Assembly (NCBI RefSeq): GCF_018977255.1
Contig: NW_024704743.1
Location: forward strand, 110,176,001 to 110,240,000
DNA length: 64,000 bases
Reading direction: 5' to 3'
Source: Callorhinchus milii
Taxonomy: Eukaryota
Shown: positions 49,047-61,570 of the stretch, piece after piece
How positions within the stretch are numbered: the first letter of the stretch is position 1
Layout of the letters: every line of letters starts with the position of its first letter
Made by a program: the position numbers and the translations under genes
The notes under the pieces: generated by a model
Database searches by the model: none
Seen by the model: the letters and a program-made list of their open reading frames with translations, nothing else
What the model was told of the DNA's origin: nothing

Positions 49047-52000
49047 GTATTAGCCCCAGTGCATGCTAGCTCCAGGTTTTGTGACGCAGTTATGCTTAAA
49101 GGGCTTGTTTTGTTTCTATTCTTTGTTAAAGTGCTACTGTGAGAAATACAAATTTGCATTTAATTTAAATCAAAACACACTTCACACTACTTACTGCCTG
49201 GTTGCAGTGACTGCTTTTTTACAGCCATTTTGCCCATCTAGGAACCTCAAAATCAATTTTATAGTTGTAGCTAGAGGATTGCTGGCCAGGGCATCAGGAG
49301 TAATTCTATTCTCTTTGTAAAAGTGTCATAGAATCCTTCACGTCCATCTGAAGGGCAAGCAGACAGGAACTCGGTTTAACATTTCATCCAAAGAGAGGCA
49401 CCTTCAACCATGCAGTACATTACGCTGAAATCTGGACTAGAAACTCGTATCCTGCCTTAGGGCTTGAACTCCAAACACCTTCTCACCCAAAGGCAAGAGT
49501 GCTGCCAACTGAGTTCCAAACTAGCATTGAAAGACCAAGAGCACAAGCCAGAGAAAATATATATAATGTACAAAGTTAGGATCAGACAGAAAGACAGACT
49601 ACAATGGTCTTTTCCAGTCTTATATAGTTTTCCTATAAGTGACTATAGACACCTTGCAATATCTGATTTATGGGTAGATGGGATAGGGTACCAATACATG
49701 GGAACATCGCTATCTCTAGACTTTCTTTCCAGTCACTCTTCATCCAAACGTGGACTTCTATTACTGTTGCTTCATCATCGCTGGGTCACTCCACCAAATA
49801 TGTGGAAAATAAGGCTGCCACCATGACCACCTTCTCAGCAATGAACACTGGGAAAATGCAAGTCTCACCCAATGCCAGGAATGAGTAAACGAAAACAAAC
49901 AAGAACAGGGGTTTGAGCTCATATGAGGGAAAAAGAGCAAACAATTCAGGTTGAATGACTTTACCCAGAGAGCGGTGAATGTCTGAAATGGACTATCCCG
50001 GGAGGCAGTGGCAGCAGATTGTGCTATAGGTTTTTGACAAAGAAATCAATTCAGTGAGTTAAGAGATAGAGAAGTGGCAAGGGTGTATTTTTGCTTTGAA
50101 TTGGCCAGTTGGACCACAAAAGATCTCTTCTGCTCCTGTGCATACATTCTAGCCAAAGTCCCACATCCTGGATCGCAATCTAGGTTGACACTTCTATGCA
50201 ATGCTGAGGGGAGCACTATATTGTCAGGCACCATCCCTCGGATGACAAGGTAAACTTGTTTGCCTGTTCAAATGAATGTTAAAGATCCCATCATTTTAAA
50301 ATCAGAAAGGAGTTTCTTCCATGGTATCCTGGCCAAAAATCCTTCAGATAAAATTGGTCATTCACAGTTTATGGGGGATTGCAGAAAACAAATTTGGCTG
50401 CAGCATTCGCAGACTGCTTAAAGCGTTTTGACACATTTTGACTTTTAACACACAATATCAAATGCAGGGATTATTATTATTCCTTAAGGCAATTACAATT
50501 GATTAGAAAAAATACTTCTTCCCTCCATTTAATTTTACAATGGGAATGGGGATTTTAGTGGATCAGTTGGAATTCGGTTCCCTCTGAATTAATTTGTCTA
50601 GTAAAATTTTACTGTTTTCAAATTGTATTCAACAAGGCTCTGTCGGGTCCCTTATCTGATTGAACCAATGTTCCAAGTGCCTTTATGGCCACTGTTTACA
50701 AGAGACAGAAGAAAATGATTAGATCAGGATCACCCATCTTCAACCTTTACTTACTTCATTAATTCAAAGCTAGAGTTCTGAACTACATTTAAATAGTAAT
50801 TCTCTGTGGAGCCTTTTGAGACTTTTAAACATATTCATTCTATCAAAAGCAAGGGTTATTATTGCGGTACTATGTTTATCTACAAACACACAGTCACTAC
50901 ACTAAGCAGCTATTCCCTGTGGAACCCTTTGAGACGTACTAGACTTTGAATCAAATGCAAAAACTTATTATTGTTATTATGATTGTTATTATTATTATTG
51001 CACCTACAAAATACACAGTAACTACACTTTACGGTACTCCACGAAGAGCTTTGAGACATCCTCCTGTCGCAAAGGCGTTATAGTAAGGCTACGGATTATT
51101 ATTATTATGCCATATGGTTCTATGAGGATCAGCAATTCTGTGATTACTGAACTAAGTGGCTATTCTTCAGGTGTAAGCCTGGACAATAAGTGTAAGTAAT
51201 TTATTTGTTTATGTGCAGCATGCATTACTGTGTATGTGCGGATGTGAGTGCGTGTGTGTGCACTCGTGTACACATGCATACATTCCACCCCTCTACTGCA
51301 CTGCAGTGTCAGCCTCGACTGTGAGCTCAAAGTCCCTAACATGGAGAGCTTGAGTCCACAGCATTCCACCCAGAGGAGAGAAAATGTTATCAAGTAAGCC
51401 AGACTTATTCACCCCAACCCAGGTTAGTGTCACAGTGCTGGTTATCAAGTTATACTCAACACCTAAGGAAGAAGACAGTGAGTGCAAAAAGCTCACAGAT
51501 TGTATCCCCATCTGCTACCTTGATTATCCAAGGCCTGACAGAAATTTTCAGTTGAATAATGAATGCAATTATTAATAGCCACACTAACTGGGAAATAGGT
51601 CTTGTTCTCATTGAGGTGAGATGAGATAACCATCAATCTGTTGCTGGAAAGAACATTTCTCATTGTGGCCCTTTGTTTTCACACCTGAATAGAGCTCTAA
51701 CAGGAAAGATAGCTGGACAAGCAACAGGAAGCTTGTCGGTCAGCGTTTGCAAAGACAAGTCCTCCACCCTCCATGCATAGTTATGGTCCCCTAAAGCCTT
51801 GGCTTTTGCAACCTGCACCTAATACACCAATTACAAATTGGCTACCGCTTTTGCCTATAGATACACTGATTACTATCCTTACCTTGTATCCTATGAAGCA
51901 CTTTGAGTCCTTTCGACAATCTGATAAGGTGCTGTGTCAAATCTAAGGATTATTATTATTCTATTACTACATTCAGGTGAATGTTCAGGAAGATCCCAAA

Positions 52001-52129
52001 GGATTTAAAGAAATTTCAAGGATTTCATTTCTCTTTTTACATCATGCCGCACTATCTTCAACATTCACCTGAACAGGTGGACTGGATCTCAATTTAATGA
52101 GCGACAGCATCTCAGACAAACAGATTTTT

Positions 52130-52390
52130 TATCTTGGGGGAATTATAGACCAGGACAGGAGGAGAAACTTCCTTCTCTTTTTGAGTAGCGGCATGGCATT
52201 TTAACAGGCAGAAAAGATCTTGGTTTTAACACGTCATTCAAAGAGTGCCGTCGCCAACGATGCAGCGCACCCCTCAGCACTGTATTGGAGTATGAGCTTA
52301 GACTGTGAACTCAAAGTCCTGACGTGGGACTTGAACCCACAACTTTCTGTTTCAAGGATGAGAGTGCTACCTACTGAGCAAGGCTGACAT
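52130..52390 (-). mobile_element. DeuSINE-type SINE 5' half with tRNA-like head
   Basis: Minus strand reads CAGCCTTGCTCAGTAGGTAGCACTCTC..GTGGGTTCAAGTCCCAC. Confidence 0.8.
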
Positions 52391-55300
52391 TTGTAGGCGG
52401 ACACCGCAGCCAATTTACACATATTAACCTTTTTCACAAATCACTAAGCCAGAGGCGGGTCATCTACAAACCGAAGGCAAGCTGACAGCTGGTTCCTGCG
52501 GATCTCTTGGAACAGGTGCAGCACCATAAAATACAAAACAGAAAATTGTGTTTCATATTAACAAAAAATTCATAATTTTTTTTCAAGGAAAGGAAGATGG
52601 CCCTTCTCTCCAATATACATGCAGTTAACAGATGGTTATACTAAAACATTGAATGAACCTTGGGATTAATTTGTATCTCTTAGCATCATATATCTATCCC
52701 CTGATACCAGTTTGGCATTAGAGTACCAGCAGGTATGACATATGTTGCTTTATCTTCCTGGCTAAGTCTTGCAAAGCGTTTTCTCAATGGGAGATATCTG
52801 TGCCGCTCGTCTGAGTGCACAGCACACATCTCGATCCTCTTCAAGCTACTTTAGAGGAGCTTTCAGTGGATTTAATGTCATTAACCACACAAAGCCAACA
52901 ACACCCAGGAGTAGTGTTTTAAATCTGCGTGTTTAATGAAGAAACATGCATAAAAAGGAAGTAGTTAGCTTGGGATCAATATACAAATGCAGATCTTTTA
53001 ATTATCTGCATTATGAGTCACCGCTTGCCAACTCCCCTCCCCCTCCACCTTCTGTTCCTCCTCCCCCCCCCACCCCACCCACACACACACACTCTACTCA
53101 CTCCACCATCAGTGGCCGAGCCTTCAGCGCTCTGGAGCACTCATTTAAGTTCAGATCCCCAGTTGTCCCAGATGTCATGCTCAAGCTATATAGTATTTTG
53201 GTCAGGGTGCACCTTGTTTTTCAATGGGGCTTTGAGCTGACAGTCTGGGCTGACCCTCCAACATAGTCCTGGGGGTGCATGAACTGTCAGAAGGGCCATC
53301 TTTCAGATGAGATGTTAACAACCGAGCTCCCGCCTGCCCATTTAGAAGGAAAGTAAAGATCCTGTGATGCTGTTGTTAAAAGAGGCAGGAGTTTCTCCCA
53401 GGCCCCTGGAATACTTTGGCACAATATTAATGCAAGTCATTGATCTTCTCAAATTGGCTCATTCATCTAATTCAATGGATAATTTTTACACAGTAATTGC
53501 AGTACATTAGTTCTTCCTGCAATGCAGAAAAGAATATGAATGCTTTAGCTGTAGCAAGCCACTGCTAAATCGGGATCTTTGGGTTGCTATGCTGAGATCC
53601 TCGCGCATACAGCTACTCCATTTTTGCTTCCGAAATCCAATTCAATATTGCTGACGTTACTCCAGGTGGGATGTTGGAGCATTTGGGTTAAAGGCAACAA
53701 TTGGCAGAGTGGCACCTTGTTATTGGACTAAATGGGCAAAAAATGCTAATTTGGTGGATTCTCTGGCATGTTTTGAAATCAATCGCTGGTGAACCTTTGC
53801 TCAAGTGCTACTGAATTAAATATTTTCTTTCCCATTTGCCTGGGGAAAATCAATTTCAGTACTTAAGAATCCTTTTATGCAGAAATGCCGTCAACTGGCT
53901 TAATTTCAATAAATTCCTTGCCAATCATAACTGCGAGACATATTCTGATTTGGTTTTGGGGTCTAGCTGCCTAGAGCTTATGTAGGTTAAACCTTGTGCC
54001 ACCTGTTTATTTTGTCTGTAGAATTAATGAAATTCAGTTCAGTGTAGGTGAATGGATTGTTGATTGGCCTTTCACTCCATTGCAGTTGCACTTTGTGCGT
54101 TTGCTTATTTGGATGACGTTCAACAAGTTTCATTCCAAATAGTGTTCAGAGAATCATTGACCCTCATAATATTATAGCACAGAAAGAATCTATTTGGCCC
54201 ATCACTTCTGCGCTGGTATTTGTACTCACACGGGTCACCCAGTGTAATGCCACTCTTTTGCTCATTCTCAGCTTCCCTCACCCACCCCCAATACTTTTTA
54301 TTATTTCTCTTTTTCAAGCATCTGTCTCATTCCTTTTAAACGAGAGGTCTCAAAGGGGACCTCACTGAGCCAATACAAAACCTTGGAGTCCTTTTTGACC
54401 CTCAGCTATCCTTCAAACCCCACAACAACAACAATAACTTGCACTTATGTAGCGCCCTCCACGCAGGGTAGCGTCTCAGAGAGTTTCGTGCCGTGACCCA
54501 TTCTGCCTTTCCCCACTTTCGCAACATTGCCCGCCTCCACCACTGCCTCTCACCACAGGCCGCCGAGACCCTGATCCACCCTTCCATCACGTACTGGCTT
54601 GAATACATTAATTGCCTGCTCGCTGGACTTCCCAACTCTTTCCTCCACAAACTGCAGATTATTCAGAATTCTGCAGCTAGTGTCATCTTCCACACCAGGC
54701 TCTGTGCCCATGGAACAACATCTAAGTGAAGAGAAGACCAGGACCACAGTGGTGTATTCTGTTGGGGAGAAATAGAAAATAATGGACACACTAAATGTAT
54801 TAAAAATAAAAAATAAATGTAAGTTGAGACTCAGGAGGAATTTTTCCCTCTAGCCTACACTGGGAAACTGACAACAAAGGTCCCAACATGAAAGGCGCTA
54901 TACAAAATGTAATTTGTTGTTGTTAGGTTCCTGTGTGTGTTTTTTTACCAGTATGAATTTGCCACATCCTGGATGCTCTGAAATGTTATAGAAGTAGCTT
55001 AAATCTAGACCCGAATGGAATTTCTCCCAGTTCCCATTCAATAAAAAAAATCTTATATTTGAAATAGAGCTTTTGCGCGGGGAAGCCATCTGAAATCGCT
55101 TCACAGGATTTATTGTAAAGTATGGTGACTGTGACTTTTGTAGGCAAACAAATTGTTTCTAAAAAAAAATCAGTGATTTAATTTTTTTTAATAACGGCTC
55201 AGGGGGAAGTGGCAGACTTATCTAGAGATATTCCAACCGCTACCTACTCATATTCAATGGATGCTTCTTAACTAGCACAGGAAATGCCTAAAAAAAAGCA

Positions 55301-56184
55301 TACAGATTGCTGTCCCAAAAATCCAGCTGTGAACTAACCAATGGCTTATGAGAATCCACAGAATAAAACATGCCCAATTTGCTCGGAGAAGACAGCCAAT
55401 ATGAAGAAAGTACTTAGCCGGACTGGCAAAGGCTCTTATTTCCCGCAGCGGGGAGCCTGAAACTCCCCAGAGGCGTCAGTGTGGAACGGTTTATTTTAAA
55501 TTGTTTCATAAATAAGAAATAGTGGAAAAATCACTATTCATTATGTCTTCATGAATCTCCTCAGCAGTGGTGTGTTGTCAAGTCCTTGTAAATCATTTGT
55601 GGAATGGTGCCTTTGTGTTACTTTCCTGCAATTGAACTCACAAATTATGTTTTTGATTTTTTTTTGTTTCTTTTTTGGGCTCCTTCTGCACCAGTTATTT
55701 CACAAATCACAAAATCACATAAATTCACCAACAGTTCGTGATGAAACCGTTGTCTTCCCGCAAATGAGTTCACTCTCATTGCCTCAGATAATAGAATCCT
55801 GTTATAATATCTGGGTGGCCATGTTTTAAGTGAAACGTGAAAAAGAAAGGCCACCTTCTGGATTGTCAGCTTCCCAGTAATCACTTCCTGCGTGCTGTGC
55901 ATGTGCGATAAGTGGCAGAAGCACCACTGACCTCAATTCTTTTACGAACTGACACCAGCGGTTCTTCCCGCTTGTAGCACGCCTGCGCGTAATGTGCAGG
56001 AAGTGACATTAGTTATAGTTACCTGGTCTTCAAAATAACTGAGTTTAAGCTCTTACTTTTTAATATTTTCTAATCAGTCATTAAACCAAGGTCCATCTGT
56101 GCCTATTGAGGCAGATGCTAAAGATCCCACGGTACCATTGGAAAGGAGAAAGGAGTTTCTCCCGAGTCCTGGCTGACAATTTCT

Positions 56185-56920
56185 AGGTTAACTTCCACAT
56201 GTATGCGGATGACATCCAACTGTACCTCTCTGCCTCCACCCTTGACTCCAGGACCATTGCTGTCATGACAGAATGTTTGTCAGACATCAAGCCCTGGATG
56301 AGAGCTAACTTTCTTTAGTTGAACGTCAACAAGACCAAGGCTCTCCTGATTGGCTTCCACAGCTCAGGCGCTGTCAGCATCACCATCCATGGTTGCACAC
56401 TCCACCTTACTAAGCCAGTCCAGAACCTTTGCATCTTTCTACCCCACATCTGTGCCATGACCTGCTCTGCCTCCCCTCACCGCCACAACATCGCCTGGCT
56501 CCTCCTCCGTCTCACATTTCAGGCCACCAAAACCTCCTACACGCATTCATAATATCCAGGCTCGACTATGCAAACTCATTGCTTGTTGGCCTCCCCAACT
56601 CCTCCCTCCATAGGCTGCAGATCATCCAGAACTCTCCAGCCCGTGTCCTCTCCTGCACCAGGCTCCATGATCTTACAGAGGATACAGTTCAAGATTTTGG
56701 TTCTCACCTTTAAAGCCATCAATGGCCTCGCTCCCCACTATCTCTGCAACCTCCTAACCTCTACAAACCTGCCCGTTCCCTCCGCTAAGCGGATTCCAGC
56801 CTGCGTCACGTCCGTCCTCAATCCGAACCCCCAGCTCAGGCACACAAATCTGACTGTCCAGCACCTTAGGATGTCCTCTCGACGTGAAGGGTGCTATACA
56901 AATATAATTTTGTTGTTGTT
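56185..56920 (+). mobile_element. L2-clade LINE, RT catalytic motif to tail
   Basis: TTCCACATGTATGCGGATGACATCCAACTGTAC encodes FHMYADDIQLY, followed by SRLDYANSLLVGLP and a (TTG)n tail. Frameshifted. Confidence 0.92.
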
Positions 56921-59506
56921 ACAAGAAACAGTTGTTCATTTCATGGCTGTTTTGTGGGACTTTGTGGTGCAAAATAAGTCTGCCTGTTTCCCTACAACAA
57001 ACAGTCACTACATATTATGATAGTTACCGAGGAGCATACCAATATGTTTTGATGTGCTAAGTATGCAAGTTCTTTCTATCAAATGTTGAAGCAGCAGAAA
57101 AAGTCTTGTGGTCATCTTGACCAGTCTGAACGTATGCACCTTTCTAAAATAGGGGCAATAACTTGCACTTAGATAGTGTCTCTTACATAGGATAACAGCT
57201 TGAAGTGCTTTACAGGGATGGAAAGGAAACCCAGGCTGGGTGGGAAATGGGAAGGCAAGGGAGATGAGTGAGGTGGAGGGAGGTAACCAAAGCAGCAATC
57301 AAAAAGGTGGGTTTTTAGAAGTATTTTGAAAGTGGAGGGAGGAACGAGGCGCTGCAAAGGGAGTACCAGAGAGCAGGGCTAAAGTGGCTGAAGGTTTGGC
57401 CACTGACTGTGGTACTGGGTGGGGAGGGCGGGGGAAGAACGTGCAAAGCAGGCTCGAGTTTGCGGAATACAAAGTATAAAATCAAAAGCTCAGTATATTA
57501 TTTCTCAACCCATACTTCATTTCCACTCTGTTGCCAGCTACTTAATCCCATTTCGAATGCAAAAAGAAAACCTTTAACTTGCGGTCAGTTTGCTACATGG
57601 TGTATTAGGGCTTCAGTTTGTGGAATGCTCAGTCTCAAGTGGGCTGCTTTGTATCCTGTGGTGTCTTCCTCCACCTTCATTTAGAGGTTGGCTTGCCTCA
57701 TGCCGGTTATAAGGTATGAATTATTGCATCCATTTTTAATAATAATGATAATGCGTCCATTCAGAACATTGCATTGATATAGTGGGACACTGAAAGGGCT
57801 TGTTTCACATACTGAACTGCATAACAGTATTGACGAACAGAGGAATGTGAAACACCAGAAAAGGCCATCCGGCTGATACCAACTTTAAAAAAAGTGAATA
57901 ATCTTACACTATTCCATCATTCATACTCCTCAGTCAAATTCTTCAGCAAATAGCTATCTAATTCCCTTTAGAATTTGCTGAAGTTCTGATCGCCACAACA
58001 TAAGGGGTCTGGCCAGGCTCCAGAGGCAGCATTTCCAAAGCCAAATACAGTAATATCCTCACAAACAACCATGAAGTGAACTACTCAAGGGTCCCTTCTG
58101 TGACTTATGATATCAACCAACACCCCCCCACACAAACACGCTCACTGATGAAATTACAGCCCCAGTATTCACGCCTGATCTCCTCTAACTCCATGTCCCT
58201 TGTTATATTTTTTAATGAAATTCATGTACTGTCAGCTATCCAAACAAATCTATTTGTACAAAGTTATTTGTAGCCATTTTCACATTCATTGGAGTGCTCT
58301 AGTGAAAATTATACAGTGTGACAGTGTTTTGATTGGTCCTGATAATGTCCTTTTTATTAGGGGATGGAGGCACAAATGTTGTAAAACTCACATTCTCAAA
58401 TATTCGCCTACAAATATAGTCACTACACTTCACAGTAAAATCCAGTGAAGATTTTGAGACATTTCGACGATGTGATAAATTGCTATATCAAATCCAAATT
58501 ATTATTATTCTTATTATGAGAGACTTGGAACTGTAGAGATGTACTGTAAATTTCTTTCACTTCTGAGATGTTCATAATAATAATCCTTGCGTTTGATTTA
58601 GCACCTTTCATGTCAGGAGGATTTTTCAAAGTGCCTCATTGTAAAGTGTAGTGACTATGTATTTATAGAGGAATGCGGCAGGCAATTTCCGTACAGCGAT
58701 GCCCCACAAACAACCATGCAGTGAATGACTAAAGTTTTCTTCCATGAAAGGTGTTACATAAGTACAAATTATTGTTTTTGTTCTTGGTAATTGTTTGAAG
58801 TCTAAACCCTCTAATTGATAAAAGAACACCTGCAAATTGTTTCCTAATTTCTTAATAATTGTCACTATTAAGCATTTATATGCACTCGGCACACTGCTCC
58901 CAAGCTATTTACCAACAGCCAGCTTCTTCTGGTCAACTTGGCAGTTAACTCTTCCTCCAGGTTAGGTTACATGGAATTTTTAACCAAATCTTCGGCACAA
59001 GACCACGTAATTGGTTATAAAGCTCATTTTATCCCCTCCTTGTCATTAGAAATAAAGATTACGCAAGAAAAACTACTTCAAACTCACTCTCAGAGCTACA
59101 GTTTATATTAGAAATTACCCCTCAGCTCAATGGTAGTAAAGATGGTGTCAATCTCATCAACAAGAATTTAAAATTATGCATCGCCAGTCACATAGAGTAA
59201 AGTCACAGTGACAGTGACGGGCACAGAGCAGCAAGGAGCAGGAGGGTCGAGTTGAGAGTTGACCACAGAGATGAGGAGGTACAAGGGCTTGAAGGCATTT
59301 GTGGACAAATGCAAGTACTAGAAGTCACTGAGACAGGGAGACAGTGGAGCCTGACAAGGATGAGGGTAATAGGTATTGTAAAGTTGTGTGCATTTGGTTA
59401 TAAAAGATATGAGTTCATTTACTGGAAGAGTGTTCAATCATCCATTCCTGTAATACATTGGATTCCATATGCTTCACCCAAAGATTCCTTCATCAGCACA
59501 GCTTGA

Positions 59507-59520
59507 GTGCCCTCTGCTGG
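59507..59520 (-). promoter_or_regulatory. CTCF core motif
   Basis: Minus strand CCAGCAGAGGGCAC fits CCASYAGRKGGCRS and lies in non-TE sequence. Binding cannot be shown from sequence alone. Confidence 0.5.
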
Positions 59521-59596
59521 CTAGTTCCTGATTACTTTATGTGCATAATGATGTCCTTAGTGCAGTAATTTTTGGGGCTCATGAGAGTGTAATGTG

Positions 59597-59711
59597 GAGA
59601 TATGTCATATCACTAGCCGGAGACATGTATATCACGAACACCAGAGACGTCATATCACTGATAGGAGACAGATCATACTAACGGGTGAAACGGCACATCA
59701 CTAATGATTGG
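59597..59711 (+). repeat. Degenerate ~21-25-bp minisatellite, 5 units
   Basis: Units begin GAGA(C/T) or GAAAC and mostly contain ATATCAC or CATCAC. Confidence 0.7.
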
Positions 59712-60569
59712 TTTCCTCCCATCCATTTGCAAAGTTTGATCAAGTAGTGAGGTGGATTTGTGGCAAACATGGGAAGCAGCAGCAGGGAGGACTCCGGGCT
59801 AAACTGACCTGACGCTAAGCACTCTGGAGGTGGAGATGGCTTCATAGCGGGCGCGTCAATTTGCCAAGGGCCCTCACATGAGGAGCTGGATTAAGCAGTT
59901 GATGCTGGGTATGCCTGGTATACGGCATTGACTTCGACCTCGAGAACATCAAGGTGGCTGGCACGTCACAAGCCGCCCTGTAAAGGTCCTCCCACCACCC
60001 TGAAGGCAGATGTCAATTCACTTCACAGTATATTCTGTGAAGCACTTTGAGATGTCTCAAAGACATGATAAGGCGCTATATCAAGTGTAAGGATTATTAT
60101 TATGTCCCGCCGGGTACTTGATGAGGAAACTCTGAAGCCTGACAGCTGTTGGAAGGGAGTCCGAGTTCATGAACATGTATTCCAGCTCTTGAAACCCACC
60201 TTGACTGGTTTGCAGAGAGGTAAGCAGCTGCTGCTTAACCTCCACACCTCCAACTGGTGGAACGATCGCTCAATGGGAAGGGATGTATCTGAGCTGTGGG
60301 CAGGAAGATGGTGTCAATGCCCTCATATTTCATGCTGAGCTGTGTTGCCCATCAGGAAGTTCCTGGTATCTGCCACCCACTTGGTGAGGACTTAAACCTG
60401 CACTTATCAGGTGTCAAATGACCAACTAATGGCTATTCTCCAGCGGTGGGGAGGTAAACAGGGTCGCCTTGGAGTTGAACTAGCTCTAAAGGTGACACGT
60501 TTGGTAATAGGTTATCAGAATCAAGCCCACCCTCTGTGGTGGTCTCGATAGTCCAAATCAGTCCTGGAG

Positions 60570-61255
60570 AAGGACTGCATTTTTGGAAGTGCCATCTTTC
60601 AGATGCGACGTTAAACCAAGGACCCTTCTGCCTGTTCAAGTGGACAATAAAGATCCTGTGGCACTACTGTACTTGAAAAGAGAAGAGTTTCTCCCGGTCT
60701 CCTGGCCAACATTCCCCCAGATAAAATTGGTCATTCACTTCATGACTATTTGTGGGACATTGCTGTGCAAATTAACTGCCCATTCACCCATAAAATAAAC
60801 AGTCACTGCCCTTTATATTAAATCCTGTGAAGCACTTTCAGATGTTTCAGCTATGTGATGAGGTACTGTATAGAAAATGCAAGAACTATTATTATTGATA
60901 TAGCTGAATTGTTAAAATGCAGCTTTGCACAATCACAATAATCTTTGTATTTAATGCCTGCAAAGTCTCAAAGGGAGGTGGCTTTAAATCTAGGGACTAT
61001 TGATTTGCAGTCAAATTCAGCAGTTGATTTGAGCACAATGAGATCTCATAAGCAGCCATGAAGTGAGTCACCAATTTTATCTGGAAGATAGTTGACCAGG
61101 TCACTAGGAGAAACCCCTGCTCTTTTCCAATGGTGCTGTGGTATCTTTAATAATGTCCACCTGAACATGCAAATGGACCTCGGTTTAATGATTCAGAACT
61201 GCACAACTGTCTGACTCGGAGAAAAAAAATGTGACCAACTGAGGCAAGCTGACAT
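60570..61255. mobile_element. Convergent pair of DeuSINE-type SINEs (+ 60570-60900, - about 61000-61255)
   Basis: Shared internal motifs on opposite strands. Confidence 0.75.
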
Positions 61256-61570
61256 CTGACACAATTAGTCCCTTGTGGACAAAGCAGCTTTGTTATGTTG
61301 CTATTCCAATCGCATTATTAAAAATATTAAAATAATAGCCGAATCCTTCATTTTGGTGGGGGTTAAAGAAGGCATAAATTAACTTTCTCTAAGGTGTTCA
61401 AGCAACAATAGATTGCAATGTGGAGAAGAGGAAGACTATGGTGGGGGTGGGGTGGGTGGTGAGAGGGAGAGAAAAACAGTGCTGGAAAGAATAAACCATT
61501 TTAATTTAAATCGATTATTCCTTCAATATATTTCACAAGTCTGGAAATATGAATGTGTTCTGAATGAATG

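Noticed and set aside
51972..52073. Perfect 14-bp inverted repeat TTCAGGTGAATGTT/AACATTCACCTGAA
   Set aside because: Both arms are the same internal DeuSINE motif from oppositely oriented fragments.
59597..59711. CRISPR-like array
   Set aside because: The units are short, degenerate and abutting with no real spacers, there are no cas genes, and the context is vertebrate.
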